In this document: positions 12,363 to 25,725 of the stretch, piece after piece
How positions within the stretch are numbered: position 1 is the first letter of the stretch
How the letters are laid out: each line of letters begins with the position of its first letter
Origin: Camelus ferus
Taxonomy: Eukaryota
Direction: 5' to 3'
NCBI RefSeq assembly: GCF_009834535.1
Contig: NC_045696.1
Span: forward strand, 80,540,001 to 80,604,000
DNA: 64,000 bases
The notes under the pieces: model-generated
Told to the model about the DNA's origin: nothing
The model's database searches: none
Seen by the model: only the letters and a program-made list of their open reading frames with translations
Made by a program: the position numbers and the translations under genes

Positions 12363-14394
12363 CAGATTATAATCTACCAAATTACCTCAGAAACCAGGCA
12401 AATCCCCTGTGTCCCAAGATCAATTTTTCTTAGTAAGAGCAAAAGTCATTATTTGAGCAAACCGTATTCATCTTGGCACTGAGATATTTTAAAAGAAAGC
12501 ACTTTATTATACTGAGTAAGACTGACCACCTTACTGTTTTCACTGTCAATAAAGGAGAGAGAAAAACAAAGTTTTGACACACACCAGCCCGATGATCTGT
12601 CCCTGACCAGACATGGAGGAGATGGCGGCAGCAGGCCTTGCATCACGCAGATTTGAGGAGCATGAGTCACCCCCTGGCAGGCTCCCTGGCACAACCTTCT
12701 ACCACACAAGTCAATCAGTCTCTCCCAATCTCTCTCTCCCCACCCCCTTCCTTCCCCTTCCTCCCCACCTCCCTCCTTCTTCCTCTCTGAAGCCACAAAG
12801 CGGACATAATGGTTACAAGTTCTCTTAAATACAGAGTGTAAAACATAACATCACTGTCCCAACCTCATCATTTTTTGTCCACTCACTAAGCATTTCCTGC
12901 TTTTCCAAAGTCAGCATTAAAACAAGTCATGCTGTACTCTGTCTCTTGTCAGAGGAGGAAAAAAAAGAGAGAGAGAGAAAAACATTTTTACCACTGATAG
13001 ATTTTTTTTCCCCAGAGATGTTAAAATAGAACCATGTTAATCATATCATAAGAGCATACTTCAAGCTACTACTGCTTCATGAGATCTGTTTCAAATCTGT
13101 TAGTGCTATATGAACCAAGCAGCCCGAAATAACGGAAGGTAGTTTATTAAGGCTTAATGAAAAATATGTGACCATTCTTCCAGAGTCTAAAGAAACAATA
13201 AAACAAGAGGCAGAATTAACACAATTGAATAAAAGGCTAAACACAGCTTTCTGGGAAAGCTTCACCCAACAAGACAACTGAAACAGGTGTAACACATCTT
13301 TCCTTAAAGGTATAAATCTAAATCTAACTCTGTTTCTAATTCATCAGAAGAGACAAAGGAAAGCTACTTTTGCAACTTAAATTTTGGGTGGCTGATTAAC
13401 CAGAAGATCAACAGTATCTAAGACTTCTCCTGGAGGCAAATTCCTAATTTATGCCTGAGATAAAATATTACCAGCCTCCCGACCAATCACCGCCACACGT
13501 GTCCATTACAAAAGCTTCTGCTGGGAGAGCAGTGCTGACTGACGAAAGCTAAAATGTTATATTTGCAGCATTCTTAAAAGTTAAATCCCATACCCAGATA
13601 ATTGAGATATAAACTGTGCTAGGAGAAGAGATCATGTTTCACTACTGGAGCTTTTTCCACTTGCCACATTCTATGAGGCTTGTCTTACTCCGTGCTGTTT
13701 CATATATGAATGAACATTCTCATTTAGAGCCAGCATTTATGACTATCCCACAGATCTCTTTGGGGGGAAAAAAATAATACATACAACCTAAAAGCTGCAG
13801 AAGAGTTCCACGTAAGGACAGATTCTATCCAGGAAGATCTAGTAACTTAAAAAGTGACCTTTGACTCCATGAGGGGGATAGTAGCACCTTCTTTCTGGAC
13901 ACAAGCACACATACAACACACACACGCGGACGCACGCACGCACATGCACAATACTCTCCAGATTCCCAAACTCCAGAAACATCTTAGCAAGCTCTGTCCA
14001 GGCCCTGAAGGGCCCAAACCATTCATTAAGACACCTTTGAGAACCTCACATCTGTGCCAAGACCACAACTGGCCTCAAGCAAAACTGAAAGACAGGCATC
14101 ATTTGTTATTTTGAGTCCTGTTTCTTTTCTCCAAATCAGGAAAAGCAAGATGATGAGCTGCAAATGACCAATAATTAGCTTTGTGATACAAAGAAAACAT
14201 CCCAAGATTTATAATGTGAGCAGTTCAACAGGAAGTTCCTGGAAGATAATGGGAAAGTACTGAAAGACTCACCTGCTCACGTGTCCAACCTGAAGCCTGA
14301 ATCCAAAGCTGGTAGAAAAAGAACACACAAGACCAGGGAGCTTCCAACAGTACTTTCTTATACACTGGATTGAGGCACAAGGACATGCAGATTT

Positions 14395-14525
14395 CAGAGC
14401 TGGGGACTATGAGGCTTAAAGAGGATAAGTACCTTGTCTGAAGTCACAAAACTACAAAATAACCAAACAGGCAGTGGAATCCAGCCCTGTCTGACCAAGA
14501 TGCACGCTCTTCTCCGCTACCACAC
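14395..14525 (-). mobile_element. MIR fragment
   Basis: tgaggcttaaagaggataagtaccttgtctgaagtcaca...ggaatccagccctgtctgacc. Confidence 0.6.
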
Positions 14526-15136
14526 ATCTGCCCCCCGGTGAGTGTGGGTTTCAGAGTCACTTCTTTATGGAGACACTTCAATAAATGGCTGTAAGGAGAG
14601 AATGCACTGAACTGGGTCAAAGGCACATCCCCAAAGGCTGAGGGCGGGTTCTCTTCTAGGAAATCTGTGCTCACCCTCTGAGGCAGAGCCCCTTACTCTC
14701 CATACAGCAGCTAAGTGGTGAGAAGTCCATCCCTTAACTAACAACAAACAGCTGTGTTTGTTATGGGCCAGATTTATTCTCATAAAGTCACTGTCAAGTC
14801 CTTGAATTTCCCTAGAATCCTAAGACAAACCTCGTAAGCTAACCACTTGACAATCCCAATCACTAGATGCCACTTCTCACGGCTCAACAGCAGGCCTAAG
14901 AAAAATAAAAGATGACTCTTGAGAAGACTGAGTCTTAAGCTTCTATGCTTCCCAAAAGTCACCTGTCATTAACAACAACAGCAAAAAGACAGGAATGGAT
15001 TAATAGGTAACCAAGGAAAGATAAATTAGATGAACCAAGGAGAATATTTTTATGCACTGAAATTACACCAGTGCCTGCTGAAAATACATAACACCTGACA
15101 ACCCTCTGCAGAGTTCAAAATCTGCTTGCAACTTTA

Positions 15137-15273
15137 CAGTCAGCCCTCCACAACCTCGGATTCAACCAACTGCAGGCGGTGTAGTACTACAGTACGCATT
15201 CAGTGGGAAAAAAAAAAATCTGTGTGTAAGTGGATTCACACAGTTCAGACCCATGTTGTTCAAGGATAAACTG
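15137..15273. mobile_element. Short Tigger2/MER8-type TcMar DNA transposon derivative
   Basis: TA|cagtcagccctcc ... taagtggattcacacagttcagacccatgttgttcaaggataaactg|TA. It is homologous to the right half of the copy at 22128. Confidence 0.75.
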
Positions 15274-16824
15274 TAATTCAAATGAGTTCAATAACTGCAT
15301 TTCATGAAATAAGTGTCCTCAGAAGAATTACTACTACTCTCAGTCTAGCAAATATTAACGAGTCCTCAGCACGCGTCAAGCACTCCCCCAGGCATTGGGA
15401 ACAGAGCCTCAGACAACACAAAGTTCTGCCCACCTCAGGCTGACAAACGGAGCTTGAGTGGGATGGGGGCTGGGAATCATTTAAACAAAAACAAAACATT
15501 TACAGATAGTAGTAAGGGCTAGAAGGAAAATAGAATGGCAACCTGTAAGAAGTTATACATTTCCACTCCCTCTAATTGTATTCTGCCCTGAACAAGGAGA
15601 TTCTATTACAAAAAAGAGCTGTTTGCTAAGAATAAAAATGTAGCATTAACTTAAATGGAAAAAATGCCAAATGTAATATAGATGGCCCAAACTAGGTTAA
15701 AAGCCTCTTTTAATAGAGCCACAAATGCCCAAGTCTAAAGTTTCAACTACAGGACTTTCAAGATAAAAACCAAAAACATAAAAGACCAAAATTCTATGTT
15801 AAGCCTAAGTGTAGTTTTTCCCTGGCTAACAGTAAGAGCCACCAAATATCCCTGTGCAACTGGAGCACCATTATGTTTATTTAAATCAAAATTTTTTCAC
15901 TTTTATTAGATACGTTTTTCACAGAATTGCTGAGTACTCCTTTAGCTGAAAATTATGTTTGCCGAGAACAACGTTTGGTTCCCATCATCACTGTTTCAGG
16001 GTCAATCCCTGTTAAAAATGTCCACCATATGAGGTACAAGCCCTTTCTACCCTTCAAATCCATCCACGCCCCCCATGTCCCCAAGCTGGGCTCTGGCCAC
16101 ACTGATGGGGAATCAGCAGCTCAGGCCACTTTTCACCTAATCAGCCCCACTTTGAATGTGCTTTGCACACTGACTCTCACATACCTCCCTTCATTTAGAT
16201 CCAGCCACCTCACGTCTGGTTTTGATCGGCTGAGACAGAGCAGCACGACCCACGCGGGTGTGCTAATGAATGTCACATATCTCTGGTGCGCTGTGCAACG
16301 AGCCTAAACGTACAGCTCCACTGTGGGAATCCTAACGCCATATTTAACTTTTAAGAATCATATTTAACTGCCTACGTTCCCAATATTCCACTGCTTTTAA
16401 AATCTACTTCAATGTTGGCCACATCGTTCACTTAACACGATTCTTCCCCTCTAAGATACAATCAAGAAATAATGCACCCGTGAAGAATATTCTCATCCCT
16501 CTGACAGAAAAATCAGTTCCCAGCGTTTTTGCATTAAGCATTCTAGAGTTGATGTTTCTTATTACTGTAATTTCTTAATTGCTTAAAATTAGCACTACCA
16601 TCGCCTTGCATTTTGTGTCCACTAGCATAAAATCGGAAATGAATACAAATGCCATATTCTAGGGTTTTGGAAGGATTTTGTGGAAGAGCCCCCAGCCCCT
16701 CCCTGCCACTGCGCAGTATATCATCATCACTTATTCAGGCCTTGCCTTGGTATTGATTATATTAAACTTATTTAAATCACTACTTAATGCAATTATTGAA
16801 AACTTAAGTATTAAACAAACATTG

Positions 16825-17110
16825 GCTGAGTAGTTACCATGTACCAGGCACTTTATTAAGCCCTGATGATTCTAGGATGAGAAAGATGAACGCCTACCCG
16901 TTTGTGTATCGGTGTGAGAGTAGAAAATACAGTTAGCTGTCATAAAACATGATTATTTGCTATCAACTACCACGGAAACAAAAGAAACCAGGAAAAGTTA
17001 CAGTTGAGAGTGACGCTTAAAGGGTGAGTGAAAGGATAAGCAAAAGAACAATTACACGGTACACGCACGGAGGCCTGGTGGGCCCGGTGCGTTTAGAAGT
17101 CCAGTGTGCT
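16825..17110 (-). mobile_element. L2 fragment
   Basis: ctgagtagttaccatgtaccaggcactttattaagccctg, typical of a reversed L2 3' end; degenerate. Confidence 0.5.
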
Positions 17111-18384
17111 CGCAGGCCCATGTGGCTGTAACGGCGCAGGCATGTGTGCAGGGCAGAGGGGTGAAGCCAGGCCCGCCTGAGAAAAGTCTTTGTTTGCCCC
17201 CACTTCAAGTCTTGACTTTATCCTGTGCACAGAATTTTCCAGTAGGAAAGCAACATTATCAGATAAATGATAGTAGTGAGAAACTCAAACTGGGATGGGA
17301 GACACTGGACACATGGAGATGGGTAAAGATATGAATGAAGCACCCATCTGTGACATGTTTCAGGGGTTATGTTGTTCTAAGTAAGCGTTTTCAAAAACAA
17401 CTGATGGTTCAACCTTTCAGTGTGACGATGCAGATCACCAGGTTTGCTGCTAAGGAATTCTGCCCTCCCTCTCTGTCGACACTGGGGTTCTCAGATTACA
17501 AGGGTGGAGTAATGTGTATGGCTCTCCCCGTCCCCATAACAACTTAATTTTTCCTACTTCCTGTCCCTTTCTCTGATTCTGTTATCGAGCTGGGATTCTG
17601 TCATTTCCATCTCCACCACTCCCACCACTGATAGGCCTCCACAGTCTGTTCCTCTCTTGTGTCTCCACCTTTTCCTAGACTTTTTCTGGCCCTCTTTCTT
17701 CTCTTTGGCTGCTGCTCTAAAATGCTAACCCCCAAAGCATTCACCAGCCAACCTAGCATTCCTTTCTTTACTTCCAGTAAACTTGTCAATCCAACAGCGG
17801 ATTACGTTGTTCATCAACTATACCGCTGGTTGGCGTGCTGAGCAAAAGGAAAGGAAGGTAACAGGACTATCGGGAAACAAACATAATTATGAGTCAAAGG
17901 AGAATCATTACTTATTTTCAAGGGTCCCAAGTTAATCATATCCCTAAAACATCTACTTTCTGATTCCTAAATAATTCCATTTCAAGCTAGTTAGTTCATT
18001 TTTTGTATCTTTAAGTTATAATTTGCCTTTTATCATATCATACACACACAAAAAAGAATCTGAAAACTAAGTCAAGGACTCACAGAAAAGAAAAAAAGTA
18101 CCACCCACAACTTAATCATTAAATTCAAGATGAATCTTAAGTACTTTCTAAGATTTTGAAAAATAAGAACGTAACAGTACATGTTTCTTCTACATGTTTG
18201 TGTATCTCCCTGCTACACTATGTGCTGAGGGAAAATCAGATGGAGTTTAGGCCAGAGCTGTCTTCTAAGTAACATTATTATATATAAACACTGAGTAGTT
18301 AAGTCACTTTGTGATAATCTCATTTTAGTTTCAAGCCATTTTTTAACTAATAGTTTAAACATAACATACCACAGATACACAGTG

Positions 18385-18585
18385 AGAAGAGCAAATCGGA
18401 CAGCTCACAGTTGAATCCTAGCTGCGCCAGACAGGGAGGGCACCCAGCCTAACTCTGCATTTCCTCCTCTGAAAAGAGAAATCACACTGACATCCTGTGT
18501 GTGCTCCAAGGATTAGGGTAACACCAGTACAGCCCTGGTAGAAGGCCTTACACATAGTATGTGCTCAATAAATCATTGTTGTTAA
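18385..18585 (+). mobile_element. MIR SINE
   Basis: gttgaatcctagct...tttcctcctctgaaaa...cacatagtatgtgctcaataaat. Confidence 0.7.
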
Positions 18586-20744
18586 TACTTCTTTTTCTTC
18601 AAATTTCTATCAGTGACAAGTCTCTCAGTTAAGAAAAAATATGGCCTCTAATGAGAGAGTCTAAAGAAAAAAAATTTACCAAATCTGCCATGTTTCATGT
18701 TCTCAATAAAAGCTAAAACCAGTCAATTCTCACCTCTGACCAGATTCTGTTTGGGAAACATTCTGGCTTTCCTTAAAGGATCACCTCCCAAGTCATTCAC
18801 ATTCCAGTGTCTGTTCAGCTTCCGTGGATCCTAGCAACAATAGTGACTTTGGAATCCATTCACAGAAGTTCTGAAGTCTAAGCCCTTTATATCCACAAAA
18901 TGGTTTGAATTACTTGGAAATGCTTCTAATTAAGATTATCGTAACGAAAGTCAGCAACAAAATGTAATAAAGTAACAGTACAGTATGTGGAAATTTCCTA
19001 TTAAGTGCTCAAAACTCCAGGAGAGGACCCTTTTCTGACCCATAAGCTGCCGCCTAAAAGCACACAGGAAGAATTAAACTTGGCCAGATTCTCTAAGAAG
19101 TAACAGGCATCTGCCTTTTTAAACCTTAGGCAACTAGTCTGAGAGGTTATCTACCATCCAGTCTGAGAAAACAGAATTATACAGCTGGATACTTAACACC
19201 ATCAAAAAGTTTAAAGAAACTATCCAGATTGAAGATTTCAAGGTAAACAGAGTGAGAACGCTCTTCAAAAATGTAGTGCTTTAAGATTTTTCTTTCTAGA
19301 TTTTAGTACTAGAGCATCATAAGCAACTGATGGAAAGCCTGATGCATTTACTCTCAGTCTTGGAAGAACAACATCCCTGAGTGCATACACATTCCGACTT
19401 GCACAAGTGAACAGATTATTCCGATTCTTCCCTCACTCTGCGCCAAGTCCAAATTCAGGACTGACACTAGGCTCTGCAGACAGCAAAGGAAAAATGTGAC
19501 AAAGATTTTCCAGCCAGCCCCTCCCTCCTCCCCGCACGCTCTCAGCACATACAAGCACACAGCAGATTCTATGCACGTCTCTAACTCGGGCCAGTTTATG
19601 CGCCATGACATCAGTGCAGTATAATGAGCCAAGTTTAAACTCCATCTGGGACAAATAACGTCCAGGCACACTGTGCCTTCTTTTGTTTATAGACACTGAC
19701 TAAATATGTCTTGGTGGTAAATGAACTTAAGATTTATTTCCCATGGCCTCCAAAACAATATTGTGCACCCCTGAAGCACCTCCCCGCCTCCACTTCTTTC
19801 CAAGGCTATGCGTAAGTGATTTTTAACAGAACACAGGATTTTGAAACATATAATTAACATCTTGAGGAGAGTCAAACTCCAAGCAGCCATTCATCCATCT
19901 AAAACAAAGAAAATGAGGAACTCACTAGCAAAGGGGTGTGGTATCGTGGCTCACAGTACAAATACTGCGTGACACCTAATTCTGTATCTCCCCTGAGACA
20001 GGAGTGAGCGGAGGTGAGATGCTTCAGAAATGCTCATGGAGTAAAGTGGTCATTTTCTTTCTCTTTGAAGGATAAACTTAGTTTTTTTTTTTTTTATACT
20101 GGCATTACTTAAGAGAAATAATTAAAAATTCAGAATTTAAAAAAATAATCTAATAGGTTCAAGTCTTACAACAAGTTTTTGGATTTCTTAAGACACAAAA
20201 ACTGTGCCTCTGGGTGATGTAATTTTTGAATGGAAATGAAAGACGGAGTTTGGGAGCAAAAGAAGGAAGACAAAAGCCCTCTCCTGGCTCCCAGAGTGAG
20301 ACTCCCAGGGACGAGGAACCCCGGCTGCCCTTCTCTGGTCACCACCATCTCCCAGCAGCTGCTGACCCTAGAGAGAACTGCCTGCTACAGCTAATCTCAG
20401 AGAGAGAACCATTACCTAAGGAAAGAAAGAAGGGAGCAGCTCTGATGACCTAGGCCTAAAATGACTTCACCCCCAACTCCTCCAAACTCAGCCAATGCCT
20501 CCAGGCTGTGGAAACTCCCACTGCTTGGTCCGCAATTCTTAGACGCTCCAGAGCCAGAATCATGCCATCTTCCAGAGCTGATGTGAAGATCATATAAGGT
20601 GACAACAGGAATACTCTTCTTTGTAAGCTTTAAAATTTTCTACCGTGTAGAACCCGGTCCCTTGTCTCTCCCCAACTGTTTACCTGAACAAGACATGGGA
20701 GATGTGCCCAACCCAAGCTACTCCACCCTTCCTGGAAGGTAGGA

Positions 20745-20930
20745 TATAAATAGATTTGAAACCTAGTCCCATGATTTGCCAGCTGCAAAGTACTTAACCT
20801 TTCTCACCTCTGGTTCTGTCTATAAAAACGATCGCCACCTTATACGGTGTATGTTCACTGGATGGAATCATGTATATAAGTGCAGAGCACTATTCTCAGC
20901 CCATCATAAGCACTCAAATAGTTATTATTC
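20745..20930 (+). mobile_element. MIR SINE
   Basis: aagtacttaacctttct...ctataaaa...cataagcactcaaatagttattatt. Confidence 0.7.
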
Positions 20931-22127
20931 GTTTCCTCCATCAGACAGGGAACAAAGAAACCAAAATCTCCAATAAAATCCATTCTTTCCAACAATTTAA
21001 CAAGTAACTACTCAACTAAAGGTTGAAACTAAAATTGAGACTAAAAGCCTTCTGGTGATCAGGAAGCTTGCAAAGTAACATTTAAGTTTAAGGTAAATGC
21101 CAAGCTTTAGTTAGATACTTGGCATTCTTTCAATGTCAAAAATCTGAACTTTAATATATCTTTTACATTATTAAGGCACTGAAATCTCTGGACTCTTACA
21201 GAATCTTTTAGCTTACATTACCCCCATGATTCTAGAATAATTGCTAGAAAATGAGCCAGTGCCTCCCTCCAAAGAAGGAGCACACACCTGGTGTGATGCC
21301 TAGCTTCAAGTCTCCTCTAACGGAAGCTCTTCACAGTTCCAAGGCAGCTTTAAGCAACGTGGTATACGGAGAGGCAGTCAATAGAAAATGAGAAGATTCT
21401 CAGTGTCTGACCCTGAGTAAACCACTTAAAACTAAGAAACCGGGAAAACAGTCTGAGAAGCAAACGGGATGTGAACACTCATCTACTAAAGGATAATGTC
21501 CTCTATGACCCAACTCCACCCTCACTTGATTCCCTGGCTCTCTAGAACAGATATTATCCACAGACAGGGTATATATAAGCCTAAGGCCTGATTTCCCATC
21601 ACAAACCTTGTAAGAAAAATAGGGATTTCTTTGTAATTCATATTTTATAATGCACTTATTTTCGGTAATGACTAAAGTCACAGAATAAATTATAAAGTAA
21701 GTCACTCTATAAAGATGCTTTATATATGGGTTTTTTGCCAAGGTGATGAGAATTAAGATGAGTTTTAAATAGATGCATTGTCAATGTGAAACAAATCAGA
21801 AAAGATATAAATGAGCTGCATAGCTCTGGCCAGTTGAGCTACCAAACAACATCACTAACCCAAACACGGGCTTCGGTGTGTCATGGATTCCCCCATAAAC
21901 CAGAATGACAACCCAATATTCCAATATACGTAGAGACCGAAGAAACTTCTATACAAGTAACACGTTTCAGTGCTGAATTTTTCAATCTACTTGGAAAACA
22001 CAAGAACATTTTAAAGACCCCTTCTAAAAATGAAAAGTCATGCAACACAACTGGGTAACAACACAAGTCCATTTCTCTACAAATCTAGGTTTGGCTCACA
22101 AGAATTCATTTCCATTTTTAAAAAATA

Positions 22128-22356
22128 CAATTGACCCTTGGAAAACGCAAAGGTTAGGGGCACCAATCCTCCATGCAGTCAGAAATCTGTGTATAACTTA
22201 GAGTTGGCACTCCACGTAAGTGGGCCATAGGTTGCACATCTGTAGATTCAGCCAATTGTAGATGGTACAGATCTGTAGTATTTACTACTGAAAAATATAA
22301 ATAAGTGTATAAGTGGACCCACGTAATTCAAATCCACGCTGTTCAAGGGTCAACTG
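22128..22356. mobile_element. MER8/Tigger2-type non-autonomous DNA transposon
   Basis: Terminal inverted repeats caattgacccttg...caagggtcaactg, with TA duplicated on both sides. Confidence 0.88.
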
Positions 22357-23174
22357 TAGTAGGAATGGAACCCTAATGACAGGTTTACTGATACAAATAC
22401 TCTCCAGTCAAACTGCCCCCCAAACCAGACTAGGTGCCTCCAGCTCTGCTCTGCCTAACTAGTTGCCTAATTATAGTGAATCAGAAACCCTTAGCAAAGT
22501 AATTTTCTAGGTGTAGACTGTCCATTTTATCCAAGTGCACATCTACTATACTGCAAGGAGCAAGAAATGGGCAATAATGAATGGATCCTGGTCAATGGAT
22601 TCTAGCTCATGGTTGTGCCAAACATACCTGCTGCACATAGAACACATTTCCGCTCAGCAGTCATCTATATGATGACCGCCTGTTAACGAAAAAGTCCCAG
22701 GGCTGAGAAGCAATACCAATGCAGGCATGAAGGCTGAGGGAGCACGTGAATTCCGTTTCTTCTGGAGGCCCACCACAGCTCAGCTTCCATTTACCACAAC
22801 AGTAGAGCTGGCCGGAAACGTACTAAGTGGCATCTCGTTCTGGCCAATCCCAATTCAAATAGGAAAACGAAGGTATTCTGAAGGCACCCACATCCCAGAG
22901 TACCTAGACACACTACTCTGCTGCTTCAGCAACAGGCTCCTCGGCAGGCTGTTTATTTTCTGCATCTGAATTTGGAACTAGGACACTGACATTACTAATT
23001 TTAAGCAGTTTGCTCCCTATTGTCTTGTTCGGAGTATAACATGTAGTTTCTATATAGTCATACTTTTAAGTCAGTCATTTGGACAAAAAAAGAAGAGTCT
23101 GTAAATAAGAAAATGATTATGTGTAAACATATGTCTTAACACGTTCTGGGTTGAGAACTGTCCCATCTTTTCTT

Positions 23175-23206
<32 letters not shown>

Positions 23207-23223
23207 CATGTGCATACACATAT
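23175..23223 (+). repeat. (TG)13 followed by continued purine-pyrimidine alternation (49 bp in total)
   Basis: Read directly from the sequence. Confidence 0.95.
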
Positions 23224-23711
23224 TATTTTTACTGCACTGTAAGATACATCAATGGCTTTCACATCTCATTCAACATGACAAATACACATTTTCCAAAAAA
23301 AAGAATAGAAGTTAGAGGTTGGAAACCTATCGAGTTTAACTTTATTCAAAGAGAAAGTCAGTATAAAATGATTTAAATAAAAATGCCTCATCTAGACAAT
23401 ACTAGGTAACATTTACTTTTAAAAAATTCTATTTCATTTAAGTACTTTAGGAAGACTCAATTCTTGGAGACTGTAAAAAAGACTGTAAACACAAGTACTG
23501 GCATCTCTTCCCCTTGGAACGCTGACACTTTGCCTCTGAGTTTAATGTCCCCCAACAAGTCTGTAAACAGTAAAACCAAGGCTCCTGGTCGTTTCTTCTG
23601 CCTTTCGTCTGCTTTGGTGAGTGCTCAGTGTGGCACTGACTGGGGACTCAAATAGTGTTCACTGAAAAGCAGAGACCAAAAAAAAAAAAAAAAAAAAGAA
23701 TACATGGGTCC

Positions 23712-23868
23712 CGGGGAGGGGGTGGTATAGCTCAGTGGTAGAGCATGTGCTTAACATGCATGAGGTCCTGGGTTCAGTCCTCAATACTGCCATTAAAAAC
23801 AACAACGGGAAGTTTGGGGGTGAGAGTACTTTCATTAAAAAAAGAAAGAAAAACTTTAAAAAAATAAG
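23712..23868 (+). mobile_element. tRNA-derived SINE (camelid Vic-1-like) with a perfect 17-bp target-site duplication
   Basis: A box tagctcagtgg, B box ggttcagtcc and an A-rich tail. TSD aaagaatacatgggtcc at 23695-23711 and 23869-23885. Confidence 0.92.
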
Positions 23869-24454
23869 AAAGAATACATGGGTCCTAAGTTGTAAGACAT
23901 AATGAAACCCTTCTACAAAGTCACATGAACCAGAGCCCACAATAGTTCACTTTACAAGTCATAAAGTAGAAAACGAAGAGGCTTAAAATCACCTCAATGG
24001 TATGATATACAATGAGCGTGTCTGAAAAATCTTAAACATTTTTGCTATATTTAAAACCCTACATCCCTGAGCACAAGATGCAATTTCAAAGGTTAAAAAA
24101 TTAGCAATTCTCAGGTTCCAAATTCAGATGACCACAGAACCCAGGCAAGTTTGGAAACCAAGTGAAGGGGACAGAGTGGGGCCTGAGGACGACGCCCCCC
24201 ATCTAAAGATGGTGGCTGCTACTTTTTGCTGGCCAACAGTTGCCCAGTGGGATGACTAGCCCGGTTATTGGATCTTCTAGGTTTCAGTAAAAACTAAGAG
24301 ATCCAGAATATTGTGTAAATCTTCCCATTTCTAAATACAGACACCTAATTATTTTTTTTGTCAACTATGAAGATTTAAAAAAAAAAGGATGCCTGTATGA
24401 CAATTGCAACAGGTAGCCAGTTTTCAAACCCCGGTTTAGATGAATAAATTTCAT

Positions 24455-24590
24455 TTTGTTCATTTCACTCATCCTTCATCCGTTCTGAAGGACTTAGTGA
24501 ATGCTACCTCAGACACCAGGCACAGCATGAACAGACACACAGCCTCTGCTCTCCTGGAGCTTACAGTGCAACCAGACAGTCAAACACTGC
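24455..24590 (-). mobile_element. L2 3' fragment
   Basis: ttcatttcactcatccttcatc...ccaggcacagcatgaacagacacacagcctctgctctcctggagcttacagt. Confidence 0.65.
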
Positions 24591-25604
24591 AATAAGTTGA
24601 AAACAATCATAATGTTAAAACTACTGTAGAGTTTCAAATTGCTGTTATTTTGCAGTGCAACCTTGCCACGCCAGTGTTTTTCCTTAATCCTCTGCCTTTT
24701 TGAAGGCAGCTCTGTTTCTACCGTTTGAAGGATACTGGCTACATCTTGTATCATATTATTATTGCCTTTGGCTAATTAAATTCTGAAGTGTCTCTCAACC
24801 CAGACAGCTCAGAGCTGTCATAATTATATGTCATATGTCATAATTATTATGGGTGCCACATCGAGCACCACCCTCTGATAATATGGCATCAACATTTTCC
24901 TTTATGAGACAGAGATTATGCACCGGCTATGCCTTTTCGGAAGCCTTTGTAGTGAGCGGAATTGGCAAACCTAAGACAGAGAGGATTGTAAAATCAGACC
25001 ACAGACCTGGATAAGTTCACACCATTTTTTACAGTTAAAAGGAAGCCTTCAGAAACGGGCATGGCTGCCTGCGCTGCTGGAAAGCAGCCCCCATTAAAGG
25101 GTGCTCGTGGTCTGCACCTCTGTGGCGTCGGTAATCCTGAGGAATAGACATCAAGAAGCCAGGGGTGGATCGCCAGACTGGATGCATCAGAGGACAAACA
25201 GATTCACTAGCAAGAATACTGAATATTCAGTTCCAGAAAAGAGATGGTAGAATGCGCAGATACGGTTTGCTCGGGGCACCGCTAACGTTAGCCCTCCACT
25301 GACTATCTCATTCGTACAGCTATGCTCATCTCATAAAGTGGAAACTGAGCACATGACATGCAGAGCTTGAGCAGCAGTCCTCACTCACTTCCAGGGAGAT
25401 CTCTGTTCAGGCTCAGTCTCCACAGACACGGTTCCCAGCCTGGTCTGTCTTCCTGCCTGCCTGCCCCACTCCCTGACCTACCTCTTCTCCGTGCTCCCAA
25501 GGCACTGATACATTCTGCAATCCAGGCACTCCCCCATGGTCCTACACACGTGTAAATACAGCCCTTTTTTCCTTTTTTTTTTTTTTTTAAACCAGACTTT
25601 GCTT

Positions 25605-25725
25605 CCCAACTAGACAGCTCATTCCTTTAGGGCAAAAACAGTGTCTTATTCATCTCTGTGTCGCCAGCACCTAATACAGTCCTGGCATAGAAGACATTTG
25701 ACAAATGCTTATTAAAATGAACAAA
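25605..25725 (+). mobile_element. L2 3' end
   Basis: gtcttattcatctctgtgtcgccagcacctaatacagtcctggcatag...aaatgcttattaaaatgaa. Confidence 0.8.

Noticed and set aside
12449..12828. Overlapping 115-aa and 71-aa ORFs
   Set aside because: They are low-complexity translations of a purine/pyrimidine tract, with no recognisable homology or supported splice structure.
23713..23792. tRNA-Ala-like sequences here and at about 49118 and 56409
   Set aside because: They have A-rich tails, TSDs and degenerate stems, so they are SINEs rather than tRNA genes.
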